Shown: positions 26,606 through 35,606 of the stretch, piece after piece | Layout of the letters: each line of letters begins with the position of its first letter | How positions within the stretch are numbered: position 1 is the stretch's first letter | Assembly: GCA_022447545.1 (NCBI GenBank) | Contig: JAKVBI010000017.1 | Coordinates: forward strand, 69,512-133,511 | Direction: 5' to 3' | Length of the DNA stretch: 64,000 bases | DNA from: Myxococcota bacterium | GTDB taxonomy: Bacteria; Myxococcota_A; UBA9160; SMWR01 | The notes under the pieces: model-generated | What the model saw: only the letters and a program-made list of their open reading frames with translations | Told to the model about the DNA's origin: nothing | Databases searched by the model: none | Translations under genes and position numbers: made by a program

Positions 26606-27685
26606 TCAGCGGTGTCGATGGCTCGGCGGGGGTAGTGCTTCCGCGTAGGGGGTGGCATCGAAACCGAGAGGTGCATACCGGGCGTTGACGGCCTCGACGG
26701 TTTCTTGGGTCCAGTAGGGATGTCCCGGAGGGGGGAAGCCGAGGACGCAGCGCTGGTCGATGCTGGCGCGAGCCACCATGCGTTCCGTGGACTGTGACGG
26801 GCGATACATTCCCCATGCCCAGCCCGAGTGGAGGGTGCTCACCCACTCGCTGGTGGAAAGGCGAAACGTCAGATTCTGAGCCAACCGGCAAGTGCCGGGT
26901 CGCAGTGGCGTGCCCCGGTGCCAGGTGTCGTGGCGATAGAAGAGGAGGGTGCCGCTGTGGAAACGCACTTGGCACTCTCGCGGATAGAGGTGTTGGGCAC
27001 GCCATTCTGCGATTTCGGGTGCTGTGTTGGCGAGGTGGGCCTCGGCCGTTGTTCGATCGTTGATCCATACGAGGTCACCGACCCCCGGCGTTTCCACGAT
27101 GGGCCAGGGATAGGCAGGGTCGTCACGGCCGTCACGTGGAACGAGTGCCGTTGCACCATCACACTCGGAGATGTCCGTCAAGTAGAGGATGATTTCAACT
27201 GCTTCGGGTGCGTTCCAACGGGGTGGGTGTGTGAGGGTGTGATTCGGGTAGTCGACATGAATGCGCTGGTCGTCGTTTTCAGCGGGGTGTTCGGGGGAAG
27301 AGTGGCGTCCGTACTTCGGCCACAGATCCGATTGGGTGAGGCGCAGGTCGCGAATGCGAGAGCCAAGCAGTTCGGCGACAGATCTCAGCAGGCGTGGGTG
27401 GAGGGTGATGTCATTGGCGGCGCTGCTGTGAAATGGGAACACCATGTGTCCGCCACTTCCGAAGTCTACGATGGATTCGCTCTCGGGGGTTCCCGCGGCG
27501 GGATAGGCGGCTCGAGCATCTTCGATTGCAGCTTCCAGAAGTTCCGACGGAATAACACCGTCCACGAGGGCGAAGCCCTGTTCGCGCCAGCGCTCGACCT
27601 GGGCGAGCGTGAGGACATGCTCGGAGTCGTTCGCCGCGCAGGGTTCCGGCTCGAGCCAACGGATTTGCGCAGCCTCCTTGTTCAC
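26606..27685 (-). CDS. phytanoyl-CoA-dioxygenase-like Fe(II)/2-oxoglutarate oxygenase (divergent member)
   Basis: 359 aa, GTG start. QVERWREQGFALVDGVIP, RIHVDY (HxD) and a distal WHRGTP histidine. More divergent than the other two PhyH-like genes. Confidence 0.6.
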   Translation of the reverse strand: MNKEAAQIRWLEPEPCAANDSEHVLTLAQVERWREQGFALVDGVIPSELLEAAIEDARAAYPAAGTPESESIVDFGSGGHMVFPFHSSAANDITLHPRLLRSVAELLGSRIRDLRLTQSDLWPKYGRHSSPEHPAENDDQRIHVDYPNHTLTHPPRWNAPEAVEIILYLTDISECDGATALVPRDGRDDPAYPWPIVETPGVGDLVWINDRTTAEAHLANTAPEIAEWRAQHLYPRECQVRFHSGTLLFYRHDTWHRGTPLRPGTCRLAQNLTFRLSTSEWVSTLHSGWAWGMYRPSQSTERMVARASIDQRCVLGFPPPGHPYWTQETVEAVNARYAPLGFDATPYAEALPPPSHRHR

Positions 27686-27734
27686 AGCTTCGACCTTAGC
27701 TCGTCGGGCGAGATCCTGGCACTCGGGGGCCTGG

Positions 27735-29129
27735 TCAATGGCCGGTGGCGGCGTCGAAGACTCGTTTGAACAGGCGGTTGGCGTCTCGTCCCGCGAACTC
27801 GGACCGGTCGGCGGCCTCGCCCATGCGCCGTACCGCCGAAATCCCCAGCCAGCGCAGGGGCTCGGGTTCCCATTTGGGAAAGTTTCGGTGGAGCCAGGGG
27901 AGTTCCATTGCTGGACTCGGGATTCCGCACAGCAAGTCGGCGAGAGCGTGGCCGATCAGGTGAGATGCGGCGACCCCCTCGCCTACATAACCGCCTCCGT
28001 GAGCGATCCCGGTTCTTTCGTCGATTCCAAAAGCGGGTCGGGAATCGCGAGGGACACCCAGGGCCCCACCCCAGTGGTGTGTCAACCGAACCGAAGCTAG
28101 CTGTGGGAGGATTGAGAACAATGCCTGTGTGACCACGCGGAAGTTACGATCGCGTTCGGAAAAGAGATTGCGTACGTGGGATCCGTAGTGGTAAAGCCCG
28201 CGGCTTCCGAAGGCAATGCGGTCATCCGCTGTACGTTGCCCGTAGGTCGTGATGCGCCGGGCATCGGCGAAAGTTTCGCGTCGTTCGAGCCCGATCGTCT
28301 CCCAGAGTGCGGGGGGGAGTGGCTCTGTGGCGACCATCATGGAGTGGATCGGAACCAGATGGCGCCGGAAACCTGGAAGTGTTGGCGTGTAGCCCTCGGT
28401 GGCGACAACCACCCGATCGGCCTGCAGTTGGGCGCGATCCGTTGCGATGCCATGCCGATGAATGTGGCGAACTGGAGATCGCTCGAAGATCCGGACGCCG
28501 CGAGCTTCCAGCGAGCTCGCCAAGCCCCTCACGAGTCGCGCGGGGTTCAAGGCCGCCACGTGGGGAGTATAGAGGGCTCCCAGGAAATCGCGGCCGCGAA
28601 TCCGCCTTCGGCATTCCCTGGGATCCAGCAATCGATAATCGTCTTGATTGAAACCGAGAGCTCGAAGACGGCTGATTTCCTCGTCCATCGGTTGCCGGTG
28701 TGCTGGTGTGCTCGCAAGCCGCAACATGCCACCCTTCGCGAACTCACAGTCGATCTTCAACTCTCGAGCCGTGCGACCGATCTCGTCCACGGTTGCGAAC
28801 AGTTGGCGCTGCAGACGGACGGCGCCGTCCCGCCGGTCGGGGTCGGAAAAGAGTGCGTGCAGGCCGGACATTGCGCCCATGCACCAGCCCCCATTGCGTC
28901 CCGACGCACCCGCTCCGGCAATCTCCGACTCGCAGATCTCGACCCGTAGCGAGGGGTCTCTTTCCAACAGGGCGTGGGCGGTCCAAAGTCCCGTGTATCC
29001 CGCTCCGACGATGGCGATGTCACATCGTCGGTCGGTGTCGAGTGCGGGGCGCGGCGCGAGATCCGAACCGAGGGTGGCGAGCCAGAAACTCTCGTTCTCG
29101 TAGCTTCTCACACCTTCCCTATACCTCAT
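27735..29129 (-). CDS. FAD-dependent oxidoreductase (DAO/glycine-oxidase-like family)
   Basis: DIAIVGAGYTGLWTA...GAGASGRNGGW dinucleotide-binding N-terminus. ATG 29129 is preferred because the longer frame overlaps the upstream gene. Confidence 0.8.
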   Translation of the reverse strand: MRYREGVRSYENESFWLATLGSDLAPRPALDTDRRCDIAIVGAGYTGLWTAHALLERDPSLRVEICESEIAGAGASGRNGGWCMGAMSGLHALFSDPDRRDGAVRLQRQLFATVDEIGRTARELKIDCEFAKGGMLRLASTPAHRQPMDEEISRLRALGFNQDDYRLLDPRECRRRIRGRDFLGALYTPHVAALNPARLVRGLASSLEARGVRIFERSPVRHIHRHGIATDRAQLQADRVVVATEGYTPTLPGFRRHLVPIHSMMVATEPLPPALWETIGLERRETFADARRITTYGQRTADDRIAFGSRGLYHYGSHVRNLFSERDRNFRVVTQALFSILPQLASVRLTHHWGGALGVPRDSRPAFGIDERTGIAHGGGYVGEGVAASHLIGHALADLLCGIPSPAMELPWLHRNFPKWEPEPLRWLGISAVRRMGEAADRSEFAGRDANRLFKRVFDAATGH

Positions 29130-29191
29130 GGCGCGGGCGATCGGGAGAGGAAAGGGAAGCGAAACGCTCGGCCCCTGCACGCGGAGAAGGT

Positions 29192-30709
29192 TCAGTCGAA
29201 TACTGGATCCGTCGGACCGCTGACTCCGTGCGTCCATGTCGAATCGAGGGGCTGCAGCGAATCGGTTCGCGTCCATTCATAGCGAAGTTCGCGTTCGACA
29301 ATACGCCATGAGCCCTCGCGCCGTTCGAATCGATCGAGATAGCGGCAGCCCGTCACCGTTGCGAAGCTGTCACCGGATTCCTCGGCCCGAATGGCGTGGG
29401 TGATGGCGTAGGATTCGCACCGGGCCATGTCTTCGTCGATCTCGATGAGCACCTGTCCGAGTTTGTGCACAGTGGTGCGTAGTGACGGATAAACGTGTGT
29501 CTCGAGATAATCGAGGAGTTCCTCGACGCCGCCCTGGAAAACCCCGAGGTTCTGAGTGGCATCGGGGTGGAATGCGCTGCGGATCAACTCAGTATCGCGC
29601 CGGTCGATGCCACGGCAGTACCGCATGAGTACGGCGTGGATTTCCGAGCGAGCGGCAGCAGGATCCCTGGTGTGAGGACCGCTGGCGGGGAGGTGTGTGC
29701 TCTGTGAGAGGACGGGGTCATTTCCGTCCCTCAGGCCGCGCGGGTAGGGGGCCAGTCGCCCTTGGGACCCGATTTCGACGCTGCGCTCCCATTCGAAACT
29801 CATCTGGCGGTGGGCGATCTTCCACTGTCCACCGCGCTGTTCGAGGCGATCGATGTAGCGTACGCCCATGATCAGATCGCTCGGTGTATCGATATTCGCA
29901 AGTACATGGTGTGCAACGGCGTAGGTCTCGGCGAAGGCCTGATCGCCTCGTACCTCGATCAAGGCGTTGCCGAGTTTGTGCATGGTCGTGGTGAAGGTGT
30001 CCATCACGGTGGGTTTCACCCAATTGACGAAGCCGTCGGCGTCGCCCTGGTAGCCTCCGTGGTCATCGTATGCGTCAGCGTGGTAGGTACTGCGTACGAG
30101 TTCTGGGTCGCAGCGGTCGACACCCCGGGCGTAGCGCATCAAAACGTCATAGCAGGCGAGTTTGGCCTCCAGTTCCCCGGCTTCCACCCTTCGATTTGGA
30201 CTCCGAGGGTGTGAGAAGACTGGATCTTCGCGGGAGTGATGACCGCGGAAGTAGGTGTCCGGCAGTTGAATGCCTCCGACTCGATCGATCCGGTGCCAAT
30301 CCCAGGTGCAGACGCGATGGGCGATGCGCCATTCGTCATCTCGGCGTTCGAAGAGATCGACGTAACGAAGTCCGTAGACGAGGTCTTCGAGGGTGCCGTC
30401 TTCCAGGTGCCGAATGTGGTGTGCGTCGGAGTAGGACTCGGCGTGTGCGGTGTCGGGTCCACGAAAGGTGACGGAGGTGTGACCGCTGAAATGTTGGGTG
30501 TTTTTGAAGTAGGCCCAGACGCCCGGTTGGAGCGACTCGATGAATCCTGAAACCGGGCCCTTGTAGTAGCCGTGGTCGTCGTATGCGTCGGAGTGATAGG
30601 CTTCGGACACCCAGGATGGATCCTGCCGGTCGATCCCACGCCAATAGCGGGCAAGGGCATCCCGGATGGCCTGCTCGTCTCCGAGTCGTCGTACCTGCTC
30701 GTCCAACAT
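29192..30709 (-). CDS. three-domain tandem SnoaL_4 / NTF2-like protein
   Basis: 505 aa from ATG 30709 (the track ORF starts at TTG 30757). There are three ~170-aa units with the same ordered landmarks (RG[IV]DRxD, [YF]HxDA, RY[VIL]D[LR][FL]E[RQ]R, W[RK]I[AV][HE]R), each ending in DPV[FL]. Confidence 0.8.
   Translation of the reverse strand: MLDEQVRRLGDEQAIRDALARYWRGIDRQDPSWVSEAYHSDAYDDHGYYKGPVSGFIESLQPGVWAYFKNTQHFSGHTSVTFRGPDTAHAESYSDAHHIRHLEDGTLEDLVYGLRYVDLFERRDDEWRIAHRVCTWDWHRIDRVGGIQLPDTYFRGHHSREDPVFSHPRSPNRRVEAGELEAKLACYDVLMRYARGVDRCDPELVRSTYHADAYDDHGGYQGDADGFVNWVKPTVMDTFTTTMHKLGNALIEVRGDQAFAETYAVAHHVLANIDTPSDLIMGVRYIDRLEQRGGQWKIAHRQMSFEWERSVEIGSQGRLAPYPRGLRDGNDPVLSQSTHLPASGPHTRDPAAARSEIHAVLMRYCRGIDRRDTELIRSAFHPDATQNLGVFQGGVEELLDYLETHVYPSLRTTVHKLGQVLIEIDEDMARCESYAITHAIRAEESGDSFATVTGCRYLDRFERREGSWRIVERELRYEWTRTDSLQPLDSTWTHGVSGPTDPVFD
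29192..30709 (-). repeat. intragenic triplication (three ~510-nt units: about 30709-30214, 30213-29707, 29706-29192)
   Basis: The periodicity is read from the protein: DPVF at residues 178-181, DPVL at 347-350 and DPVF at 517-520 of the 521-codon frame. The units are divergent, not recent copies. Confidence 0.7.
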
Positions 30710-30871
30710 CGTTTTTCCGGTTCGCTTGAAGTGTCTTGGGTTTGCAGGATAGGACAAATGAATCGAGGGCCCGACTGGTTTGGTAGTATCGTCAGTGGCG
30801 GGCTCGTGCTCCGGTCCGCACCTCGTTCGGAGCGCGGGTTCTCAGTCTGGTGTTTTTGGCGGTGAGGCAGT

Positions 30872-30880
30872 GGGGGGGGG
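30872..30880. repeat. G9 homopolymer 1 nt upstream of the ATG of 30882..31697
   Basis: Read directly from the sequence: t-GGGGGGGGG-c-ATG. Confidence 0.9.
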
Positions 30881-30881
30881 C

Positions 30882-31697
30882 ATGGATGAAGCCGTGAGGT
30901 TGGCCCACCTCGATTCCATCGAGCGGGATGGCTATACGATCGTTCCTGACGCGATCGACCCTGAACACGTGGCCCGTCTGCTCCAGCGGGTTCGGGAACT
31001 CGAACGCGAGACTCTGCCGGAGGTCGAGGAGGGGTCGCCGGTGGATGGCTCGTCGCAACTGCGTACCGGTGGCCTGTTGAGTTTGGATCCGGTGTTCTGG
31101 GATGTGCCCATCCACCAGGAGATCCTTCCCATCGTCGAAGGCGTACTGGGTCTGGGGTGTTTGCTGACGACTTTTTCGGCCATTGATGTCATGCCGGGTG
31201 AGAACCGACAGCCTCTTCATCCCGACGACGCCTTGATTCCCCTGAAGCGGCCACACCAACCCATCGTCTGCACTTGCATGTGGGCGATCACGGATTTTAC
31301 AGAAGCCAACGCGGCGACGAGGCTGTTGCCAGGGAGCCATCGTCTGGACGGTCCTCCGGAGTATGAGGCGGTGCGAGGCGAACTGATCCCTGCTGAGATG
31401 AAGGCGGGCTCGGTGTTGGTGTTCGACGGGAGTCTGTGGCACCAGGCCGCGGACAACGTTACCGAGGATGAATGGCGCCTTGGACTCCAGGTGTCGTATT
31501 GCGCTGGATGGATCAGGCCGTTCACGAACCACTTTCTATCCATCCACCGCGAAACAGCTGCGAAGTTTCCGGAGCGCCTGGTTGAATTGGTGGGTTACAG
31601 CACCTTCAATGGCGCCATTGGCACGATCGGCACACCGGGTACGCATCGGTACGCCAACTCGGCGTTCCGGCCACCCGCCAGCGCACTGGGGCGCTAA
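30882..31697 (+). CDS. phytanoyl-CoA dioxygenase (PhyH) family oxygenase
   Basis: 271 aa from ATG 30882. LDSIERDGYTIVPDAI, PLHPDD (HxD), LPGSHR and a distal LWHQA histidine. Confidence 0.8.
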   Translation: MDEAVRLAHLDSIERDGYTIVPDAIDPEHVARLLQRVRELERETLPEVEEGSPVDGSSQLRTGGLLSLDPVFWDVPIHQEILPIVEGVLGLGCLLTTFSAIDVMPGENRQPLHPDDALIPLKRPHQPIVCTCMWAITDFTEANAATRLLPGSHRLDGPPEYEAVRGELIPAEMKAGSVLVFDGSLWHQAADNVTEDEWRLGLQVSYCAGWIRPFTNHFLSIHRETAAKFPERLVELVGYSTFNGAIGTIGTPGTHRYANSAFRPPASALGR

Positions 31698-31726
31698 ACG
31701 AATTCTGCAGCCAGGGAGGAGGCCTC

Positions 31727-32521
31727 TTGTCGTATGCACTTGAGGGTCGGAGAGTGTTGGTGACCGGGGCCTCCACCGGCATCGGAGCGGCTCTGGCGGA
31801 GGGGTTCGCTCGGGCAGGTGCCGTGGTCGGGATCTGTGCACGTCGGGAATCGATGCTCGGCGAGGTCCTGCAGCGAATCCGGCAGTACTCGCCTCACTCG
31901 AAGATGTGGGCTGTAGATCTGGCGGATCTCGAAGGCATCGAGGGGTTTGCTCGGCGTGTCGAAGCCGAACTCGGGGGTGTCGATGTGCTGGTCAACAACG
32001 CAGGCATGCCGAAACGTCGGCGTGTGCAGGAGTTGACTCCAGAGGTCGTCGAGGCCGTCATGTCACTCAACTATTTCTCACCCGTCCGTTTGACCCTGGC
32101 CCTTCTGTCGGGCTTGGTCGAGCGGCAGGGCAGGATCGTCAATATTTCTTCGGTGGCGGCTCGTCTGGGGCCACCGGGCGAGGCCGCCTATACGGCATCG
32201 AAGGCGGCGTTGACGGGCTGGTCTGAATCCATGCACGTGGACCTCGCACCGGTTGGAGTGAAGGTTCACGTGGTGAATCCAGGGGTGATCGATACGGACC
32301 TATTTCATCTGCCGGACAACGATCCCGGGCCGACCGGCATCGAGGCCCTGCCGGTGAGTGCAATCGTTCAGCCGGTGCTCGATCAGCTCGAGTCTGGGAC
32401 TTTCGAAATCTATGTTCCCGATTGGTTTGTGGGAATCGTCGATCACAAATTTCCGGATACCGATGCTTATTTGGAGGGGACGATCCAATGGGCTCATGCG
32501 AATACAGGAGAATCGGGTTGA
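31727..32521 (+). CDS. short-chain dehydrogenase/reductase (SDR)
   Basis: TTG start 29 nt after the previous stop. TGASTGIG and YTASK motifs. Confidence 0.85.
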   Translation: MSYALEGRRVLVTGASTGIGAALAEGFARAGAVVGICARRESMLGEVLQRIRQYSPHSKMWAVDLADLEGIEGFARRVEAELGGVDVLVNNAGMPKRRRVQELTPEVVEAVMSLNYFSPVRLTLALLSGLVERQGRIVNISSVAARLGPPGEAAYTASKAALTGWSESMHVDLAPVGVKVHVVNPGVIDTDLFHLPDNDPGPTGIEALPVSAIVQPVLDQLESGTFEIYVPDWFVGIVDHKFPDTDAYLEGTIQWAHANTGESG

Positions 32522-32581
32522 GGAGCGATGGCGCACAGCGTCGGCGCGATGCGTTCGAAACGGTGGCCATGGGGGAATGAG

Positions 32582-33823
32582 ATGAAAGCCTTGGTATACG
32601 GTGTGGAACCCGAGAGGCAGGACGTTGGCGAAGGGGCCAACGAATTGCTCCGAGGTTTGGCGAATACGCCCATGAAATTGATGGAGGTCGACGATCCGAG
32701 GCCGCTGGCCTCGGACTGGGTGGTGGTCGAGTCGCGGTTGACCGGAATCTGTGGCTCCGACGCAAAGCAGGTCTTCATGGATTGGGGGGAGTCGGGCCCG
32801 GACAGCCCGATGATCTCACTCACGAGTTTTCCGCAGGTGTTGGGACACGAATATGTGGGGACGGTGGCGGAAGTCGGACCCGACGCGCGTGACCTGGAGG
32901 TGGGTCAACGCGTGGTTCTGAACCCCTGGCTTTCCTGTGCACCCAGGGGCGTTCGGCCCCTGTGTCCCGCTTGTCGCAACGGTGACTTCAGTTTGTGCTG
33001 GAATTTTCTTCAGGGGCCGATTTCAGCGGGGATTCACACCGGAACAGCGAGAGATGCCACGGGCGGCTTCGCCGAATATTTGCCCGCCCATCACTCGATG
33101 CTGTTTCCGGTGCCCGACTCGCTGCCCGATGAGGCCGCGGTTCTTGCCGACCCGTTCGCGGTTTCGCTCCACAGTATCACGCGTCATCCGCCGCCGAGAA
33201 ATGGGAAGGTGTTGGTCTATGGTGCGGGTGCTCTTGGAAGTATGGCGACAGCCATCTTGAGTGCCCTGTACCCTGACGTGGAAGTGGCAGTCATCGCGCG
33301 CTTCCCCTGCCAGGCCGAATTGGTTGCAAAGCTGGGGGCGGCTCGGGTTCTGGAGGACCCCTTCGATCGCCGCACTGTGATCGAGGTGTTGGCGGACTGG
33401 TCTGGCGGGGTGCTGCTTCCGCAGAATCAAGGTTTGCCCATGGCTCATCCCGGTGGGATCGATGTCGTCTACGACACCATCGGTAAGGCCGATACTCTCG
33501 AAGTGGGAGCGCGGGTTTTGCGTGCTCGGGGAACCCTGGTGCAGAGCGGCGTCCACGGACCTGAGCGTTGGGAGACGACGCCGCTCTACTTCAAGGAACT
33601 CTCCTTGGTGGGGTCCAACGCCTTCGGAGTCGAGGAAGTGGAAGGGGTGCGCCAGCACGGCATTCAGCATTACCTGGACCTGGCGAGCCGCGGACGCGTG
33701 GACGTTTCGAGCCTGCTCACTCATACCTATTCTTTGGAGAACTGGCGCCAGGCCTTCTCGGCGCTGGCGAGCCAGGGCGAATCCAATGCCATGAAGGTGG
33801 CCTTCGATTTCCGTGGGGGCTGA
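32582..33823 (+). CDS. Zn-dependent MDR-family dehydrogenase
   Basis: ATG 32582 (MKALVYG...). GICGSDAKQ and GHEYVG motifs. A Rossmann GAGALG segment. Confidence 0.8.
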   Translation: MKALVYGVEPERQDVGEGANELLRGLANTPMKLMEVDDPRPLASDWVVVESRLTGICGSDAKQVFMDWGESGPDSPMISLTSFPQVLGHEYVGTVAEVGPDARDLEVGQRVVLNPWLSCAPRGVRPLCPACRNGDFSLCWNFLQGPISAGIHTGTARDATGGFAEYLPAHHSMLFPVPDSLPDEAAVLADPFAVSLHSITRHPPPRNGKVLVYGAGALGSMATAILSALYPDVEVAVIARFPCQAELVAKLGAARVLEDPFDRRTVIEVLADWSGGVLLPQNQGLPMAHPGGIDVVYDTIGKADTLEVGARVLRARGTLVQSGVHGPERWETTPLYFKELSLVGSNAFGVEEVEGVRQHGIQHYLDLASRGRVDVSSLLTHTYSLENWRQAFSALASQGESNAMKVAFDFRGG

Positions 33824-33930
33824 AGGTTTTGTTCCGAAGCCTTCGTTGCCTTCTTCGAGGCTCTGTGGGCGCGATTCCGATGGCCCCAGCAGTTGTCGCG
33901 AGATTATTTCCGGTGCGTTCCTTCATCAGA

Positions 33931-34947
33931 ATGACGACTCAAATGATGAGCGTCCGCGTGGCGATGGTTTCGGCCGGGCTTGCCATGGTGGGGTTACCCG
34001 CCGAGGCCGCCTACGAGACAATTTTTCTAGACGGTTTTGAGGCGAGTAGCATCGACCTCGAGCACTGGAACCCCCAGGTCTACGATCACGACGGTGGCGC
34101 GGTCCTGGTGACCGTGGAGGAGGGGGGTGCGGTTCGTAGCGGGAAGCAGGCCCTGCGGATCAAGCTTGCAGTGGACGACGACACCGATCCGGGGGGCAAG
34201 CATCGCAGCGAACTTCGACCCCGGCGCTCATCGAGTGAGTTGTCGTATCGAGCGCCTTACGGCTTGCTGCACCGCTACGCGTTCAGCCTCTACCTGCCGG
34301 AAGATTGGTCGCCAGATGCTCCCGAGATCGTCGCGCAGTGGCATGGGCGCCCGGACCGCGATGAGTTCGGTGCGGACCTCGAGCCCCTCCGCTCACCGCC
34401 CATGGCTCTTCGCATGACGTACATCCAAGTGTCCGAGGAGCCTCCGAGCTACGTACCCGCCTGGGAGGTGCTGTTGCACTGGGATGACACTCGGTACACA
34501 CCGGAGGACAAGAGCACTGTGAGGCTCGTACGCCTGACCGACCCCACCGACGCCACCGGGGACCTGGGGCGCTGGGTGGATTGGGTGTTCGAAGTGCGCT
34601 GGTCGTATGAGCCCGAGGGGAAGGGTCGGGTCCGGGTGTGGCGTGATGGCGCACAGGTGGTGGATTACGTCGGCCCCAACGCCTTCAATGACGATCTGGG
34701 CCCCAATTCGAAGATCGGTATCTACAAGTGGATTTGGCCCACCTCCTCGGTGGATCTTCGTGTCGCGTATTACGACGACGTGAGCATCGAGAGGCAGACC
34801 ACAGCTCTGCCTGCTGTGCCGTTTGGGGGGCTCGTTCTGGGGTCCGCGGGCCTGTGTGTGTGGGCACTCACGATGGCGATGGGGGCCTGCCGAAGGGCTC
34901 GACCAATGAACCGAGACCGTTTGAGGCCTACTCCAAAGAGCGATTAA
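33931..34947 (+). CDS. secreted ConA-like / polysaccharide-lyase-like (heparin-lyase-I-like family) protein with a C-terminal hydrophobic anchor
   Basis: ATG 33931 with signal MTTQMMSVRVAMVSAGLAMVGLPAEA. IVAQWHGRPD...SPPMALRM...IGIYKW resembles the Polysacc_lyase family. The C-terminus is LPAVPFGGLVLGSAGLCVWALTMAMGACRRAR plus 16 aa. Confidence 0.5.
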   Translation: MTTQMMSVRVAMVSAGLAMVGLPAEAAYETIFLDGFEASSIDLEHWNPQVYDHDGGAVLVTVEEGGAVRSGKQALRIKLAVDDDTDPGGKHRSELRPRRSSSELSYRAPYGLLHRYAFSLYLPEDWSPDAPEIVAQWHGRPDRDEFGADLEPLRSPPMALRMTYIQVSEEPPSYVPAWEVLLHWDDTRYTPEDKSTVRLVRLTDPTDATGDLGRWVDWVFEVRWSYEPEGKGRVRVWRDGAQVVDYVGPNAFNDDLGPNSKIGIYKWIWPTSSVDLRVAYYDDVSIERQTTALPAVPFGGLVLGSAGLCVWALTMAMGACRRARPMNRDRLRPTPKSD

Positions 34948-35606
34948 AACTGGTAGCGGACCGACACCAATGCTTCGTGGGACGCGACCTCGGTGTCAAC
35001 CCCTACCGTGGCCCCCGCGAGAGTTCCATCGAATGTGGGGTCGCCGCTTCTCAGGTACCGGTATCCAAGATCGATCACCGTGTCTTCGGAGATCTGCCAG
35101 CCGAATCCAGCGAGTGCGTTGGCGGCCCATTGGGTTTGAGAGTCGTCGATCCTGAGGTCGGCACTCACCAGGTTCGTGGTGTCTGCGTAGATCCACGCGA
35201 TCCCGACGCCAATTCCGAGGTAGGGCCGCACGGCCCAGTTCGTTGGAATGTCGTAGTAGGCGTTGACCATGGGGGTCAGCACGCGCAGGGTGCCGTAGAG
35301 CGAGTCCTCAGTGGGGTCACTACTCGGGTTTTCGATGTCCGCCGAGCGGTAGCTCATGTTGACCTCGGCGCGGAAATGCCCCCAGCGGTAGCCACCGGCG
35401 GCACCCAGGGCGAAAAAGGGCTTGAAGCCTGGCCGTTCTGACTGGGGGGTCCCGACGATGCTGACCGTTGCCGTCGAGATCGCAGACATTCCCACTGATC
35501 CTTGTGCGTAGAATCCGTTTTCGGCCGTCGCTGGCTGGTTGAGCGCGACTGAGAGACCCAGTGCAATGCCCGGGACGGTCAGCATCCATCGGTTCGAGGA
35601 TCCCAT
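34944..35606 (-). CDS. outer-membrane beta-barrel protein (OmpA-barrel/OmpW-like small porin family)
   Basis: Signal peptide ...GIALGLSVALNQPATA. Alternating beta-strand pattern. Terminal VSVRYQF with C-terminal Phe. The stop codon overlaps the stop of the convergent gene. Confidence 0.75.
   Translation of the reverse strand: MGSSNRWMLTVPGIALGLSVALNQPATAENGFYAQGSVGMSAISTATVSIVGTPQSERPGFKPFFALGAAGGYRWGHFRAEVNMSYRSADIENPSSDPTEDSLYGTLRVLTPMVNAYYDIPTNWAVRPYLGIGVGIAWIYADTTNLVSADLRIDDSQTQWAANALAGFGWQISEDTVIDLGYRYLRSGDPTFDGTLAGATVGVDTEVASHEALVSVRYQF

Noticed and set aside
26828-27769. 313-aa plus-strand ORF, and similar long antisense frames (8012-8851, 36066-36959, 52025-52933, 62704-63480, 45627-46400)
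   Set aside because: All lie opposite genes with diagnostic motifs and show Arg/Gly/Pro-rich shadow composition. High GC suppresses stop codons on the antisense strand.
34840-34947. PEP-CTERM sorting signal at the C-terminus of the lyase-like protein
   Set aside because: There is no PEP tripeptide (the sequence is AVPF), and 16 residues follow the basic cluster, whereas canonical signals end there. I keep it only as a non-canonical anchor.
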